From Microthyrium microscopicum (taxonomy: Eukaryota): a stretch of 64,000 bases of DNA. Below, piece by piece: positions 12,861-24,299 of the stretch. Numbering within the stretch: the stretch's first letter is position 1; each line of letters begins with the position of its first letter. The stretch covers positions 472,191 to 536,190 of the forward strand of contig MU004237.1 of assembly GCA_010405405.1 (NCBI GenBank), read 5' to 3'. The notes under the pieces were generated by a model that saw only the letters and a list, made by a program, of their open reading frames with translations, had not been told where the DNA came from and ran no database searches. The position numbers and the translations under genes are program-made.

Positions 12861-13668
12861 TTTCGAATATGTCGCTGGAAAGTCGCAACGGAAAGTTCTT
12901 AGAATGTGGCACAATACCGTCTGGGCTCCCAGGTATAGGCGAAACTCGCCGTTCACTATAAATCTGCAGAGCCTTCAAGACGAATATTCGAAGGTCTTAA
13001 GTGAGATGCAAAAGAACTATGGAGCTGATCAGCACATAGAAGTAACCGCTTTGTCATGGACTATTCCATTGACGCGGACAAAGAGAAGTCGCTCTGTGCT
13101 AGAACTATGCCATTGAGATAACCGAGTATGCCCGAGATGCTCATATTCGGTCGTCAATACCGAGGCCAGCGGAGTACTTGTTCAAAAAGCATCTCCCGAG
13201 ATGCGGATAGCTACCTGAGCTCGGGAGAGAATATCTTCCACCAAGTTGATGTGGATTTCTCAAGAGTATAATCATAACCGCTGTGAAAAGGCGTTGGATT
13301 ATACAAGGCGCCGGACAATTCCATGGCGTCAATATCAGTTTCCCATTCACCGGATATTCTTTGTCTTGGCTTCTTTGATGTTATTCCTCCCGCGCCATGT
13401 CACAAGAAAAATCGTTATAGCAGTGAAGTCAACTGTGGCGTGTGACTCCTTTATCATACTTTTCCCACAATGACCCTTTGTTCTTCACATCCATATTGAC
13501 CGCAACTCCTATGATGTTGTATAAAGCCAAACCTATATGAACACTGAAACCTCAGCATTCGCAAAAAAACATCATACAGCAAACCATACACAACACGACT
13601 TTACGATCTCACCTCACAAGCCTTACCACGATAACACCGACAAACCTCAATCAAAGCAATCAGTCATC

Positions 13669-13830
13669 ATGTGCGAAGTCAGCAAGACGACGTATCGCTG
13701 CCACCACGTCCTATACCACACACTCAAAATGTGTCACACCATGGGTACGTACGGCCAGTGCCCGAAAAAGATCATCACCCAGCCGATCAAGTCAGCACAG
13801 CCATGTGCAAATCCGACTTGCAAGAAATAG
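13669..13830 (+). CDS. Small Cys/His-rich protein (53 aa)
   Basis: MCEVSKTTYRCHH..C..C..C..C; good start context (ATCATG), TATAAA near 13520 and a CA-rich leader. Confidence 0.55.
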   Translation: MCEVSKTTYRCHHVLYHTLKMCHTMGTYGQCPKKIITQPIKSAQPCANPTCKK

Positions 13831-14366
13831 TTCAAAGGCAAATATGGAAAACAAGTCTGGTCGTCCATTCTCAAGTTTTCGGACATGGGTGGTAGCTTTT
13901 TCTAGTCTGATGGATGACCTAGAAAGTTAAGCGTATATACCACCATCATAATGAATGAATATAAATAGATGATATCAAAACGAAATGCAATGGAACATGA
14001 AGCATATCCGACCGTACATGAGCGAGTAATCGCAAAGCGGTCTTGAGCTTCGGCAAGATTACATTATGATAGTCAATATGTCCAGACTTTTATATCGGAT
14101 TGTGAGCGCGGAGCGAACCTGAGCGATATCTATATTTAACCCGAGTGTTAGATAGATTAGATAAGCTACTGCCAACTTCCAAGAGACCTAATGAAGAATG
14201 GGTTATTAGAGGATGTTCCAATCTTTCTGGATGGGAATTAACAAACAGTGACCATTGGACAGCTCCCCTTGATATCGGCAGAGGGTGCCACAAAAGAATT
14301 TGGCAGTGATGACTGGACATGTAGAGTGCTTCCTCCTCCTCGTTGCTATCTCAACCAGCACTCGCA

Positions 14367-15374
14367 CTACTCAACGTTGTAAGCCTGTGTCATGAAAGTG
14401 AGGCCAGAGAGGTACCCGTCGAGATATAACTCGGTTCGTTTGTCTTTGAGCTTTAGAAGTCTCTCCAAATAGTACTGCAACAACCCAATAGCCTTTTGGG
14501 GCTCCAATAGCTCTCTGTTCACACTATTGATGTGTTGTTGCTGAAGATTCTCGCAGATCCTGGTGTAGAAGGAGTCCTCAAGCGTGTTGCGGTCTTCATC
14601 GTACGTCCAGCCGGTAGGTGTCATATATCCCAGAAGATCTTCCACAAAATGGAAGTTTGAACCAAGAGGCTGATACTGTGCTCCACTCCAGTCTAGAACT
14701 GTTGTAATCCGACCGGTTGAGTCGTCGATTAGGTAGTTGAATGAACTCAAGTCCTGGTGACTCAGTGACAGTGGCAGAATAGTAAGCTCCTGCATCCGCG
14801 GTCGGAGATGATCAATGCATGTATATATCGCGCTGTGAAGGTTTGGCAGCTGGAAGATGTATCCACCAATTCCTGACTGTATGCTATTCAGCAGACAGGT
14901 ATCTGGATCCTGAGTATGCCTTTTGGCATCGCGGCTAATGATGTCTGCCAGGTCGAGTATTGTGGCCGTTTTGTGTGTCAGAGTAAGGTCCTTGGAGGAT
15001 GTGAGGACCTCAATATATGGGGTGCCTGGAGAAAAAGGCGAGGAGTACACAAAAAGGTCCTCGTATTTTCCGCGATATGTTACTAGAGGCGCGAGAGGAC
15101 CATGAATGCGATGAGCTTCGGTAACTCCAGACAAATCTTCCTCTTCACTCCGGAATTGTACTACGATGGACTCGTCTATGCTTGCGCGGTGGACTATTAT
15201 GGTGAAGCTCATGCTTCCTTGGAAAGAACTTGGTCGGATGCTGATCTTGTCATGGCCGCCTGGCCACATAACTGGACTTAACTTTTCCAATGCAAAGCGA
15301 CAGCATGATTCCTCTGTAAGGCTTGACAATGGACTGAAGAACTGGTCCACAAGAGACTGTTGATAGTCTTCCAT
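14367..15374 (-). CDS. Aminoglycoside phosphotransferase/choline kinase-like protein
   Basis: QGSMSFT N-lobe, VVQFR, catalytic HQDLSSFNYLI and VLDW. Confidence 0.8.
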   Translation of the reverse strand: MEDYQQSLVDQFFSPLSSLTEESCCRFALEKLSPVMWPGGHDKISIRPSSFQGSMSFTIIVHRASIDESIVVQFRSEEEDLSGVTEAHRIHGPLAPLVTYRGKYEDLFVYSSPFSPGTPYIEVLTSSKDLTLTHKTATILDLADIISRDAKRHTQDPDTCLLNSIQSGIGGYIFQLPNLHSAIYTCIDHLRPRMQELTILPLSLSHQDLSSFNYLIDDSTGRITTVLDWSGAQYQPLGSNFHFVEDLLGYMTPTGWTYDEDRNTLEDSFYTRICENLQQQHINSVNRELLEPQKAIGLLQYYLERLLKLKDKRTELYLDGYLSGLTFMTQAYNVE

Positions 15375-15750
15375 CCAGGCAGATATGAGAAAAAGGATTT
15401 AGAGGGATGACATTGAAGGATTGCATCCTTCTCGGATCTCTGTAATTTTAGCAGCACGTGGAACGGCTATGCCTTGAAGCGAGGCAACAGTTGGCTGGCG
15501 TCCGACATAGATGCACTTTTTGCTCGAACTTGCCCTAGTTTAGAGTAGTTTATTTTGGTGTGAAAAAATGTGTTTTCAACTCTTTCTTATTCAACTCCTT
15601 TGAAGCTGATGTACAGTCGCGCTAAGCCATATCGGTACTAGTGCGCCAGCCTTGTCTTCAATTTCATCTTTTCTTACACTCATCGCACCAACGACATCTC
15701 ACCACGAAATTTATACATCCACCATTTCGCACTATAACAACAAACTTGAA

Positions 15751-17098
15751 ATGGCAGACGCTTCCGAAGACTCCGTCTTCTCATCCTCTCGCCACCCATC
15801 AACACCAACAATCCCAGAAGCCGCTGATCCGTCCGCCCTTCAAGATGCATCAGACGACGAAGAAGAGGAGCTCGCAGCCGATTTCCGCTTCCTAAGTCCA
15901 TCCAACGACACCAAAAAGATTCCCAAACGAGGCATGAAAGACAGCGATCTGCACGGCACAAAACTGCAAGTCTCAGCACTAGACACCAGCCGAGACGCCA
16001 TGCACGAAGTCATCAAGCAAGAGCGCACGCACAATCCAGACATTGCGCACGGCGTCTGGGATCCGGAAACGAATGGCGCCTGGATTATCAAAGCGAATGG
16101 GAAATGGTCATCGTCTGTTGGTAAGACTGTGCGCGTGCCGAATAGGTGGGAGGATGAGGGGAAGATGAGGCCGTTGATGCGGTTGTTGTTGTTGCCTGAG
16201 GAGGCGCTGTGGTTGGTTGAACGAGGGAGTGTTTTTATGCGCTGGCCGGCGGAGGATGGGGTGGCGGAGGATGGTGGGTTGACTATGTCGTTGCAGGCTG
16301 CGTATGCGACGTTTATTGGCATGGAGAGGGGAGGGGGGTTGACGCTGGAGGAGTATTCGGTCTATCAGTATCTTCGGCGGGCGGGATATGCGGTTTTTAG
16401 AGCAAAGGATAATTGGCACAATGTTCCGGCTGCGGAAACGCTTGATGATACAAAGCCTGAAGCGGATGCACATCCCTATCATCCGTTGTGGAGATTCTTC
16501 ACAAAAGCAAGCAGTGAAAGCGTAGAAGATATCAACAAGAGAAAAGCTCATGGCCCCATAGTTCGTCCAGGCTTATACCGAGACTACAGTAAGTCGACTC
16601 AACCATCTCAGTCACGCAAGTTACTAACGGCACATAGAATCAATATATCAACAACTGTCATTAGTACCACATCACAACCCGCAACTAACGCCAGACCTCC
16701 GACAACCCACAGAAGACAGTCTCTCTGTCACATATCACGTTTACAGGCAAGAAACACATTTTCGAAAAACCAATCCAGGCCCTCCCAACTTTTACGTCAG
16801 CGTCATTGACGCCACAGACGCACTCATACCAACAGTGGATCAGCTCGAAGGCTTACTGCGCCAGACGCCTTTCCACCCTCCTCAGGGAACCAAGGACCTG
16901 TACGGTGGACCATTTGCTCAGAAATTGCGAAACGGATATCGACATGTCATTCTTGCAATCGCGGACAAGGGTCTCACAAGTTTTGTCAGTCTGGCCGATG
17001 CAGGCTTTGGAAATAGTCCGTTATGGGAACGAAAACCGCGGGCCGGCAGGGGAGGAAAGGGTGGTGGGAGAGGTCGTGGCAGAGGTCGTGGACGATAA
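15751..17098 (+). CDS. SEN54: tRNA-splicing endonuclease subunit Sen54
   Basis: IPKRGMKD, LLPEEALWLVERG, MSLQAAYA, YSVYQYLRRAGY, GYRHVILAIADKG; intron about 16589-16638. Confidence 0.92.
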
Positions 17099-17376
17099 AG
17101 TGGGAATAATATTAGGAGACTTGGACGCTGTTAGCGGAAGATTACAGTATCGAAAACTGATACGCGCCTTCAAACCTGTTCCCATAATTCGTGTTGACTA
17201 CATAAAAAGCTCTCTGGGGCCAATGAGTTCGATAGAGATGATTGAGTTGAGATTGGTTTCGCACAATACAGAACCATCGGTTTCTGGTGCATCCATGATC
17301 CTTTCGATTCGAAGAACAAAGCCATTGTACAGTCAAGCCTCAAAATTGACGGAGAGTGTGAGCATGATAGCTGATG

Positions 17377-18497
17377 CTAAAAGCCCCCGAAGACAGTGGT
17401 TGAACTTGCCTTCTCATAGCAGCCACTATCGAAGTTCCAGAAGAACAGTTCGAAAGGTTTGCCTGCGAACTCATGTACCATCTCCTCCCATTTGCGACGC
17501 TTTTCAAATAGCAGCTGGTGATTGGGGATCGGACGTCCGAATGTGAGCCGCAATTGAAAACTTGAGCATTGTTTAATCGGTCTCAGATGTTCCAGTATCA
17601 AGGTCTCAAGATGGCTAAGTCTGCTCCAGTAGCCCCTAGCTATGGCCAGGTTCAGTCGTAACTTGCGCAGTCCTGGCATGGCCTTCAAGACGAGACATAT
17701 TTGCAACCAAGCGGTGAACGCACTTTTTGCATATTGATCGTCCTGTGGAGGATCTATAGGAAAGAAATGGCTTAGACACACGGTGCTAATCAAATTTAGC
17801 CGCTGGATACGTATGGTGCGGCTGAAATCCACAAAAGCCCAGTAATGGGTAAAGGTTAAACAGTTTGTGGCATAAAGTATCGGCATTGATTCGAGATAAC
17901 TATTGTTCACTTAGTAAGCATAATTTCCGTTGCATCAAGGACATTGTCTTACAGTCTCCGACAGCTCTTTGCCAAGGACAAAAGACCATCATACGCTGAG
18001 TGTCGAGGTAACAGACGTTGGTTTGACCAGAGATGGTGCCAGATATCACATCTCAGTGGCAGTGTAAAGCATGCGGTTTCACGATTGGCGACATCGTCCA
18101 GAAAAGTCGTAGGGCAGGAGCAGATAACGGCTTGAAGTCGCCGGTGTTCAAAATCGTTGAATACGTGGATAGTCTTGCCGCCCAGGGCGAACTGGTATAT
18201 GAGTTCCCGAATTTCATACGGCAGTTTGAAGAATGGTGACTGAAACTGGTTGAGTGTCCGTTTATCAGCGTCACCTAAGTCGAGTCCATAGAATGGATCT
18301 GGCATCAGAAAGTATTTGGAAAACGGGTTCGTGATATCGTGTGATTTAAGCGTTCGAGGCCGCCTTTTAATCTTCTCAGGATCTCGTTTTGGCCACAGTT
18401 TGATAGGCTTGGTCAGAAACCTCATGGCTTTCTCCTTTGCTCTTCTCTGGCGGTAACCCAACCACCAAAACCATTCGCGCAGGTCGTCCATGGCCAT
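17377..18497 (-). CDS. F-box-like (LPxEIR) fungal protein, DUF7730-like
   Basis: QSPFFKLPYEIRELIYQFALGG; LLSLAKSCRRL|YLESMPILYATN across an intron at about 17900-17952. Confidence 0.75.
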
Positions 18498-19275
18498 GGT
18501 CGCGGTGGGGATGATGTGGTTGAAAGTTGGAATATTCAAAGTAGAGAGTTCTGGCGGCGTGTAGTGGCATAAGAGTGCAATTGGGAGGGGCTCAATAGTC
18601 GTTCCTTCCTTCTCATCCTGATCCTGACCGGCGGGTCGTGCCTGCCTTGCCGGGAACGATTTCTCAACCGTTCTTGCCTACTACTCCCATTAAGAAGATA
18701 ATCCCACTTGAAACAAGCTTTTGATATTTCGCTATGAATTCTAATGAACAGCGCAGCGATAAGTCAGAATACCATTTCTCGGTCGTTGAAGATGTCTCAT
18801 CTGCGCTTATTTAGTTTTCTACGAATTGCATTCAGCCAATCATCCATAAGACGCAGAGTCTTTCCCACGCTAGTTCATCTGAGCGGCAGATTCGAGATAC
18901 AGAAAAATTGCAGTGGTGCAATCGTTCAAGGCACGAAATCAACGAGGACAAGAAAATCAAGTCACAAATGGATGCGAAAGCAAACACTCGCAGGGATGCT
19001 TTTAATAGTCGCGCCATTGAGGCTTTCGACGGAACTTTTGGGTACAGATGAGAAAGTATAACTTACAAGTTTGAAGGTGCTCATGGTTGTCAGAGGTTGA
19101 GGAGCTTTGAAAGAGTTTTGGCAAGTCCGACCTGTCAGTCGTTTTCAGCCTAGTCGCAGGTCGATATGGCTGTTGTCGCTGTTCAATACAGATACAAGCA
19201 AATGCTGCATGGCGTCGAATTCGCGATCGAGGCCTGGATGCCGTCGCTCGACTGACAGAAGTGAAGCAAGAGGTT

Positions 19276-20422
19276 TTACCTTTGCATCTCATAAGGGCAA
19301 GAACACGGGCATATTCGTTGATTGCTAGGGAGTATATTGTCCAAATCGAGCTGGAAATAGTCCGGAACAGGGTCCAATGTAACACATCCCTTAGGCCAAT
19401 CTCGCTTAGTCTGGAAGTGAATCCATTGCCCTTTTCTTGGCGTCCGGATTTTGCTTGTATAGAGCTCGAAGGGACATTGTTGGATGAACTCAGCAAATGT
19501 CCTGAACGCTCTCGACACTGGCCATGCGACCACCCCATAATCGCCCAGCTCTAGCCGCCTCTGTGGCCCTTCATAGTTTACCGGAGTGAGTCGCGATTGA
19601 AATGATCCCAGAGGTCTCATGCCCAGTAAAAGCTGGAAACGGCGACGAAAGTTTTGAATGTACTGTCCCCAGTCGGGCAGCTGGACATCCAGCCGGAAAT
19701 GTCGAAGTTTCGGTAGAGTTGTGACGAGAGTGCACATGTCCTCCCATGTGGTCCTTTCATAGGGAAAAAGATCATTGGAAGATCCTCTTGTAGCTGTAGA
19801 GATGCTGAGGGATGTGATTGAATCCGCGGATGTAGATTTTAGTGTGAGCATAAAGTCGCAAAAGAGAAAGCCTTGGCGGAAAGCGAAGGTATTTCTGGAA
19901 TAGAGCCAAGGTATAGCTTCCAGGTACCTCTAAGAGTCAGTCAGGATATCATGGACAATTGTGTTAGCCTATTCTTGAGTGCTTATATTTTTCGACAGGA
20001 CAGAGGAAACGAGAGCAATCCATGCGATGCACAGCAATACACTCCTTTACTATTGGTCTGCAGTAAATACGTTTGAAATCCTAGTTGAAATGGCTTAGAT
20101 ATCATTCCATATCTCAGATGTTTACATATTCGGTCAGGTTTTGACTTCTTTCGACAGACCGTGGATGCCAGACGAGCACCATGGTGTAAAACCCGACATT
20201 CGGATTGTTGTCGCTGAGGCCGGAACAATATATGATTTCGCGAAGCTCGAGAGGGAGGCGGAAGAGAGGAGATTGAAGCTGCTCATGGATCTGCCGCTTG
20301 TTCTCAAGAGCCCTTGATCCAACTGTAGACTGGTATGGCTGTGGTCGCAAGTTTGTGAATCTACTATCAAAGGCTGGAATAGTTACGGTACGGCCATCTC
20401 TCGTTTTGTAAACTTCGCCCAT
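19276..20422 (-). CDS. F-box-like DUF7730-like protein, second copy, possibly splice-defective
   Basis: QSPLFRLPLELREIIY, GLLSFPLSCRK, YLEAIPWLYSRNTF; no canonical donor at the expected intron position. Confidence 0.6.
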
Positions 20423-20752
20423 ATCTGCAGTATTGTGCAATGTAGGCCTTGTTGATAGAGTGACAACTACTCCAGAGCAATTCTAGGCATGTAGTTGGGA
20501 CGATCCGTGATGGCAGTGGAGGAGCTAGTGAGCAAGCTGAAAGCGGAGAACGAACGCAACGAACGTGGGGAACGCGATCGCGTTGCCATCCAGAGTTTAG
20601 ACCTCATGTTTACTTTGACCGAATTACGACCAACAGCTCATTGTAATTGTTGATAGAAACGTGGGATATATGCGTCTTCCTACCTCTTGATGCAGCCTAT
20701 CACGAGCCGGAGCAAATAGTATCTCAAGGTTGAAGGAGCAGGTACTTGCCTA

Positions 20753-20898
20753 CCGTTTTTACCCACTCAGTTGCAACGCTCTAGCGCGCTTTTTTTGCCG
20801 GGGGCGCTCTGACTTCAGCGAGTGACTCGCTATCTTTCACGGAGAAACCTCGCCTATAAAACCGCGCTAGAGCGTTGCAACTGAGAGAGTAAAAACGG
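20753..20898. mobile_element. MITE (146 bp), 36 bp TIRs, TA target duplication
   Basis: TA|CCGTTTTTACCCACTCAGTTGCAACGCTCTAGCGCG ... CGCGCTAGAGCGTTGCAACTGAGAGAGTAAAAACGG|TA, with 2 mismatches. Confidence 0.88.
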
Positions 20899-22170
20899 TA
20901 GTAGTTAAAGAGGCCACGTCCTCCTCAGCCGGAACTTGGATCAAGACGCGGATATCAGGCGTGCGGATATAGTCGGATGGGGAACTCGTGTTCTACTTGT
21001 ATACACTTTGCGGAGTTCGGAGTACGGAAGAACAAAGAGAGTCTTCAAACGAAGGTTTGCTTAGTTTCGCGCGTCGCAAATTTGAGTTTCCATCTTGGAT
21101 CAGATATAAGTAGTTGCATCGTCGATTGATCAAGATATCATGACGTGTAAAACGTGGAAGATCAATTGGTTGGTCCCAACTTGCTTCTGGGAATGACAAG
21201 CGCGTGGACCAACCAGAAATGGAAGTGCACGTTTCTTGGTGGCTGAAGAAGTGGCACCAGGCGAGTTTTGCTCTGTCAACCTTGCTTGTTGAAAGAACAA
21301 AAATTCAACTACTCAGACAAAAAGATACTACTCAAAAAAGAAAAGAAATGGGAGGCTGGAGGGTTTGAGGTGAACTTGAATTGAAGATTGAACTACTGCA
21401 AGATGGAGCTGATGCATAATAAACTACTGCAGGATTGACGCAGGCATTCGCAACTTCCGTCAAGCTCCCATGTTGCAAACTGCACGATAGCGGCTCCCCT
21501 AACTCAATATGGCAATTGTGTAGTTCAAAGCTGGTAAAGTTGGAATTACCATGACAGATGTACCGGAGTGTTTCGGTGTTTAGGCAGGCGAGTCGCTAGA
21601 GTTTGTTTTACCAACGTGTTTGGCGCTGTCGAGCCGCGCCAAGTTGAACCATTCAACCAACAACATTGAATGACGGTGGTGGAGTTTTGATGCTGCAAGC
21701 CGGGCCACCCTTTTGAGAAGAATATCCACCGCTTGCGAACTAGCCTCAATAATGCCCGGATGATCTCAAAGACTTAATTATAACCCAGCCCACTTTCTAG
21801 AGTCCTCGTTGCCGCCGCCAACATTATCGATGATGTCTTTTTCACTGCCTTGCTTGTGTGGTTTGCGCTCTTGCGATACTTTAGTTCAACTCATCCGCGA
21901 GTGTTGAGTTGCTATCGTCGGCATTCAACTCTGATACTGTACTGGATCCTTTAGCACCGGCGTTTGGAAAGAAGCAGTCTCTCACTTGCTCGATACACTA
22001 ATAGCGACATCAACTCTCATCATTTTGGCAGCCACAATACATTCTACCACCTTCCAGTTCGAGCATTCCGCGAGTCCCCTCTGCCTGTAAACAAGGACAT
22101 CAAACTTGCGTAATCATTATTCTCACAACAACAGCTTTTGCCTTTCTTTTACCGCCAACAGTCGTAAAAC

Positions 22171-23898
22171 ATGGGATCATTATCCAATATGCCGATCATG
22201 CGCCTACCATTTTCTTTAATCCTCCTTGCTCTTACCTCTCTCACAACCGCTCAAGGCGATGCATCAGCAGCACCCTCGTTACAAGCATCAGATACCTCCA
22301 CAATTTCAGCAGCGCTAGACCCATCATTCGCTGGTCTTGGAATAGAACCCTCCAATCTTTACTCTTTCACAGGAGGCGCACAAGCAAATCAACTCTCAAT
22401 AAACCTTCTCCAGAATTTAGCGGATTATGCCGGCGCTCCCCCACATCTACGAATTGGCGGCAATACTCAAGATTATATGATTTACGACAGTTCTTACACT
22501 AATTTTAATGTCGAGAATACAGCGGATCCAACAGGTCAAGGCGACAGCGATATCTTCACAATTGGGCCCGGATACTTTGAAGCCTTGGACAGATTTCCTC
22601 AAGGCACACCCATCACATACGGATTAAACCTGGCATATTCATTGACTGATTGGAATACAAGAATTGTTGATACTGCGACCGCAGCTGTTACCAAACTCTC
22701 GAATGTCAAGCTGGTCAGTTTCGAAATCGGAAATGAGCCGGATTTGTACCATGAAAATAATATTCGAGATGTCTCTTATGCAGGCCCTCAATACACTTCT
22801 GAATGGCTTGCGAGAGCCGATCAGGTGTGGACAAAAGTCCTTCAACCAGCTGGAATACCTTCCAAATTCTTTGAGCCAGCGGCTACGGCTTCCACGGACG
22901 GAACAACATTTGACATCAACAGTCTGATCAAGTTTGGCATTACAGCAGGCAGCGATAATGCGGATACATTTGTATTTGGATGGAATCAACACGATTATTA
23001 CTACTTCACCGGAGTCACAAATTACGGCTTGACCATCGACCACATGCTGCAACTTCAAACCACTGAAGATCAATTCGCATACTGGACCACGCAAGTGGAC
23101 GCCGCAAATAAGTCAAGTCTTCCGTATTACCTTCGAGAGATGTCAAGTGCAGGCCCAACCGGATTGCAAAACATCAGTGATTCATTTGCCGGAGCACTAT
23201 GGACATTGAATTTTTTCTGCTACGCCGCCAGCATTGGCATAGCTTCCGTCGAGATGCACATGACCGACAATTCCTACGCAAGCCCTTGGCAACCCATTAA
23301 CATCAATAATCAATCACCACATGTCCGACCAAACTACTATGCCTTTGCCGCTGTCGCCCAACTCATCGGCAGCGGTAATGGAACCTCGCAAATCGCCAAG
23401 TTACCATTGACATCAGTCACCAGCGCATATACCGCATACGTCAAGGCCTACTCATACTACCGCCAAGGCCAACTCGCCGGCTTCGTTCTCATCAACGGCA
23501 AAACCAGCAATACGACCGACACATCAAAGTCCATGAACTTCAGCCTCTCACTCCCCAACAATTTCGCCAACCAGAAACTCTGGCTCCAATACATGAGCTC
23601 CACCGGTGCATCCGCCACCTCCGGCGTGACCTGGAACGGCGTAAGCTTTGAGCAAACGGACGACGGAACCCCACAGACCGTCAAAACCACAACAGACACA
23701 TTAGATATCGGCAGCGACGGCAAAGTGACCGTCAGCGTGCCAGACAGCCAAGCGATAGTCGCGACGATAAATTTTGGACTGGGCGGTGTTAATACTGCTA
23801 TCAAGAAGAGTGATGCTTTAGCGCGGAGTCAGGGCAGCGTGGTGCTTATTTGCATTAGCATAGTAATGTCTTTTTGGGTGTGCGATTGGATAATTTGA
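22171..23898 (+). CDS. Glycoside hydrolase family 79 (beta-glucuronidase-like), secreted with a hydrophobic C-terminal anchor
   Basis: Signal peptide; FAGLGIE, LRIGGNTQD, FEIGNEPD (acid/base), LREMS (nucleophile), SFAGALWTLNF, RPNYY. Confidence 0.9.
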   Translation: MGSLSNMPIMRLPFSLILLALTSLTTAQGDASAAPSLQASDTSTISAALDPSFAGLGIEPSNLYSFTGGAQANQLSINLLQNLADYAGAPPHLRIGGNTQDYMIYDSSYTNFNVENTADPTGQGDSDIFTIGPGYFEALDRFPQGTPITYGLNLAYSLTDWNTRIVDTATAAVTKLSNVKLVSFEIGNEPDLYHENNIRDVSYAGPQYTSEWLARADQVWTKVLQPAGIPSKFFEPAATASTDGTTFDINSLIKFGITAGSDNADTFVFGWNQHDYYYFTGVTNYGLTIDHMLQLQTTEDQFAYWTTQVDAANKSSLPYYLREMSSAGPTGLQNISDSFAGALWTLNFFCYAASIGIASVEMHMTDNSYASPWQPININNQSPHVRPNYYAFAAVAQLIGSGNGTSQIAKLPLTSVTSAYTAYVKAYSYYRQGQLAGFVLINGKTSNTTDTSKSMNFSLSLPNNFANQKLWLQYMSSTGASATSGVTWNGVSFEQTDDGTPQTVKTTTDTLDIGSDGKVTVSVPDSQAIVATINFGLGGVNTAIKKSDALARSQGSVVLICISIVMSFWVCDWII

Positions 23899-24299
23899 TG
23901 GTGTGGGTTGTGATGATTGATGATACACATAGATTTATGAGCATATATATTACAGCATTCAGAATGAAGCTTGTTAGATTTGAAACAAATATTGCACTGC
24001 TTGACTTCACTCATACATACGATTCAGCAGTTCCGGTTCGCATTGGATCGTGGGTTATCTGGACGTCTGAGATAGCGCTTATAGATGGTGGCTATAGAGT
24101 AGTTTTCGACTCAAGGGAAGACGTTGCGCAAAATCGTGAAACATAATAATAAACTGCTAATATGATTTTACCCCAGGTTCTTTCGCTGCCGCTTCCGATT
24201 GCTTGAGGGCAGCTTACATGTACTACATCCATGGACCTCAATTAGGCTCCCCACTTCAACCTCTCCGCACCTCGAAGACCTCATCGCAACAATGAATAC

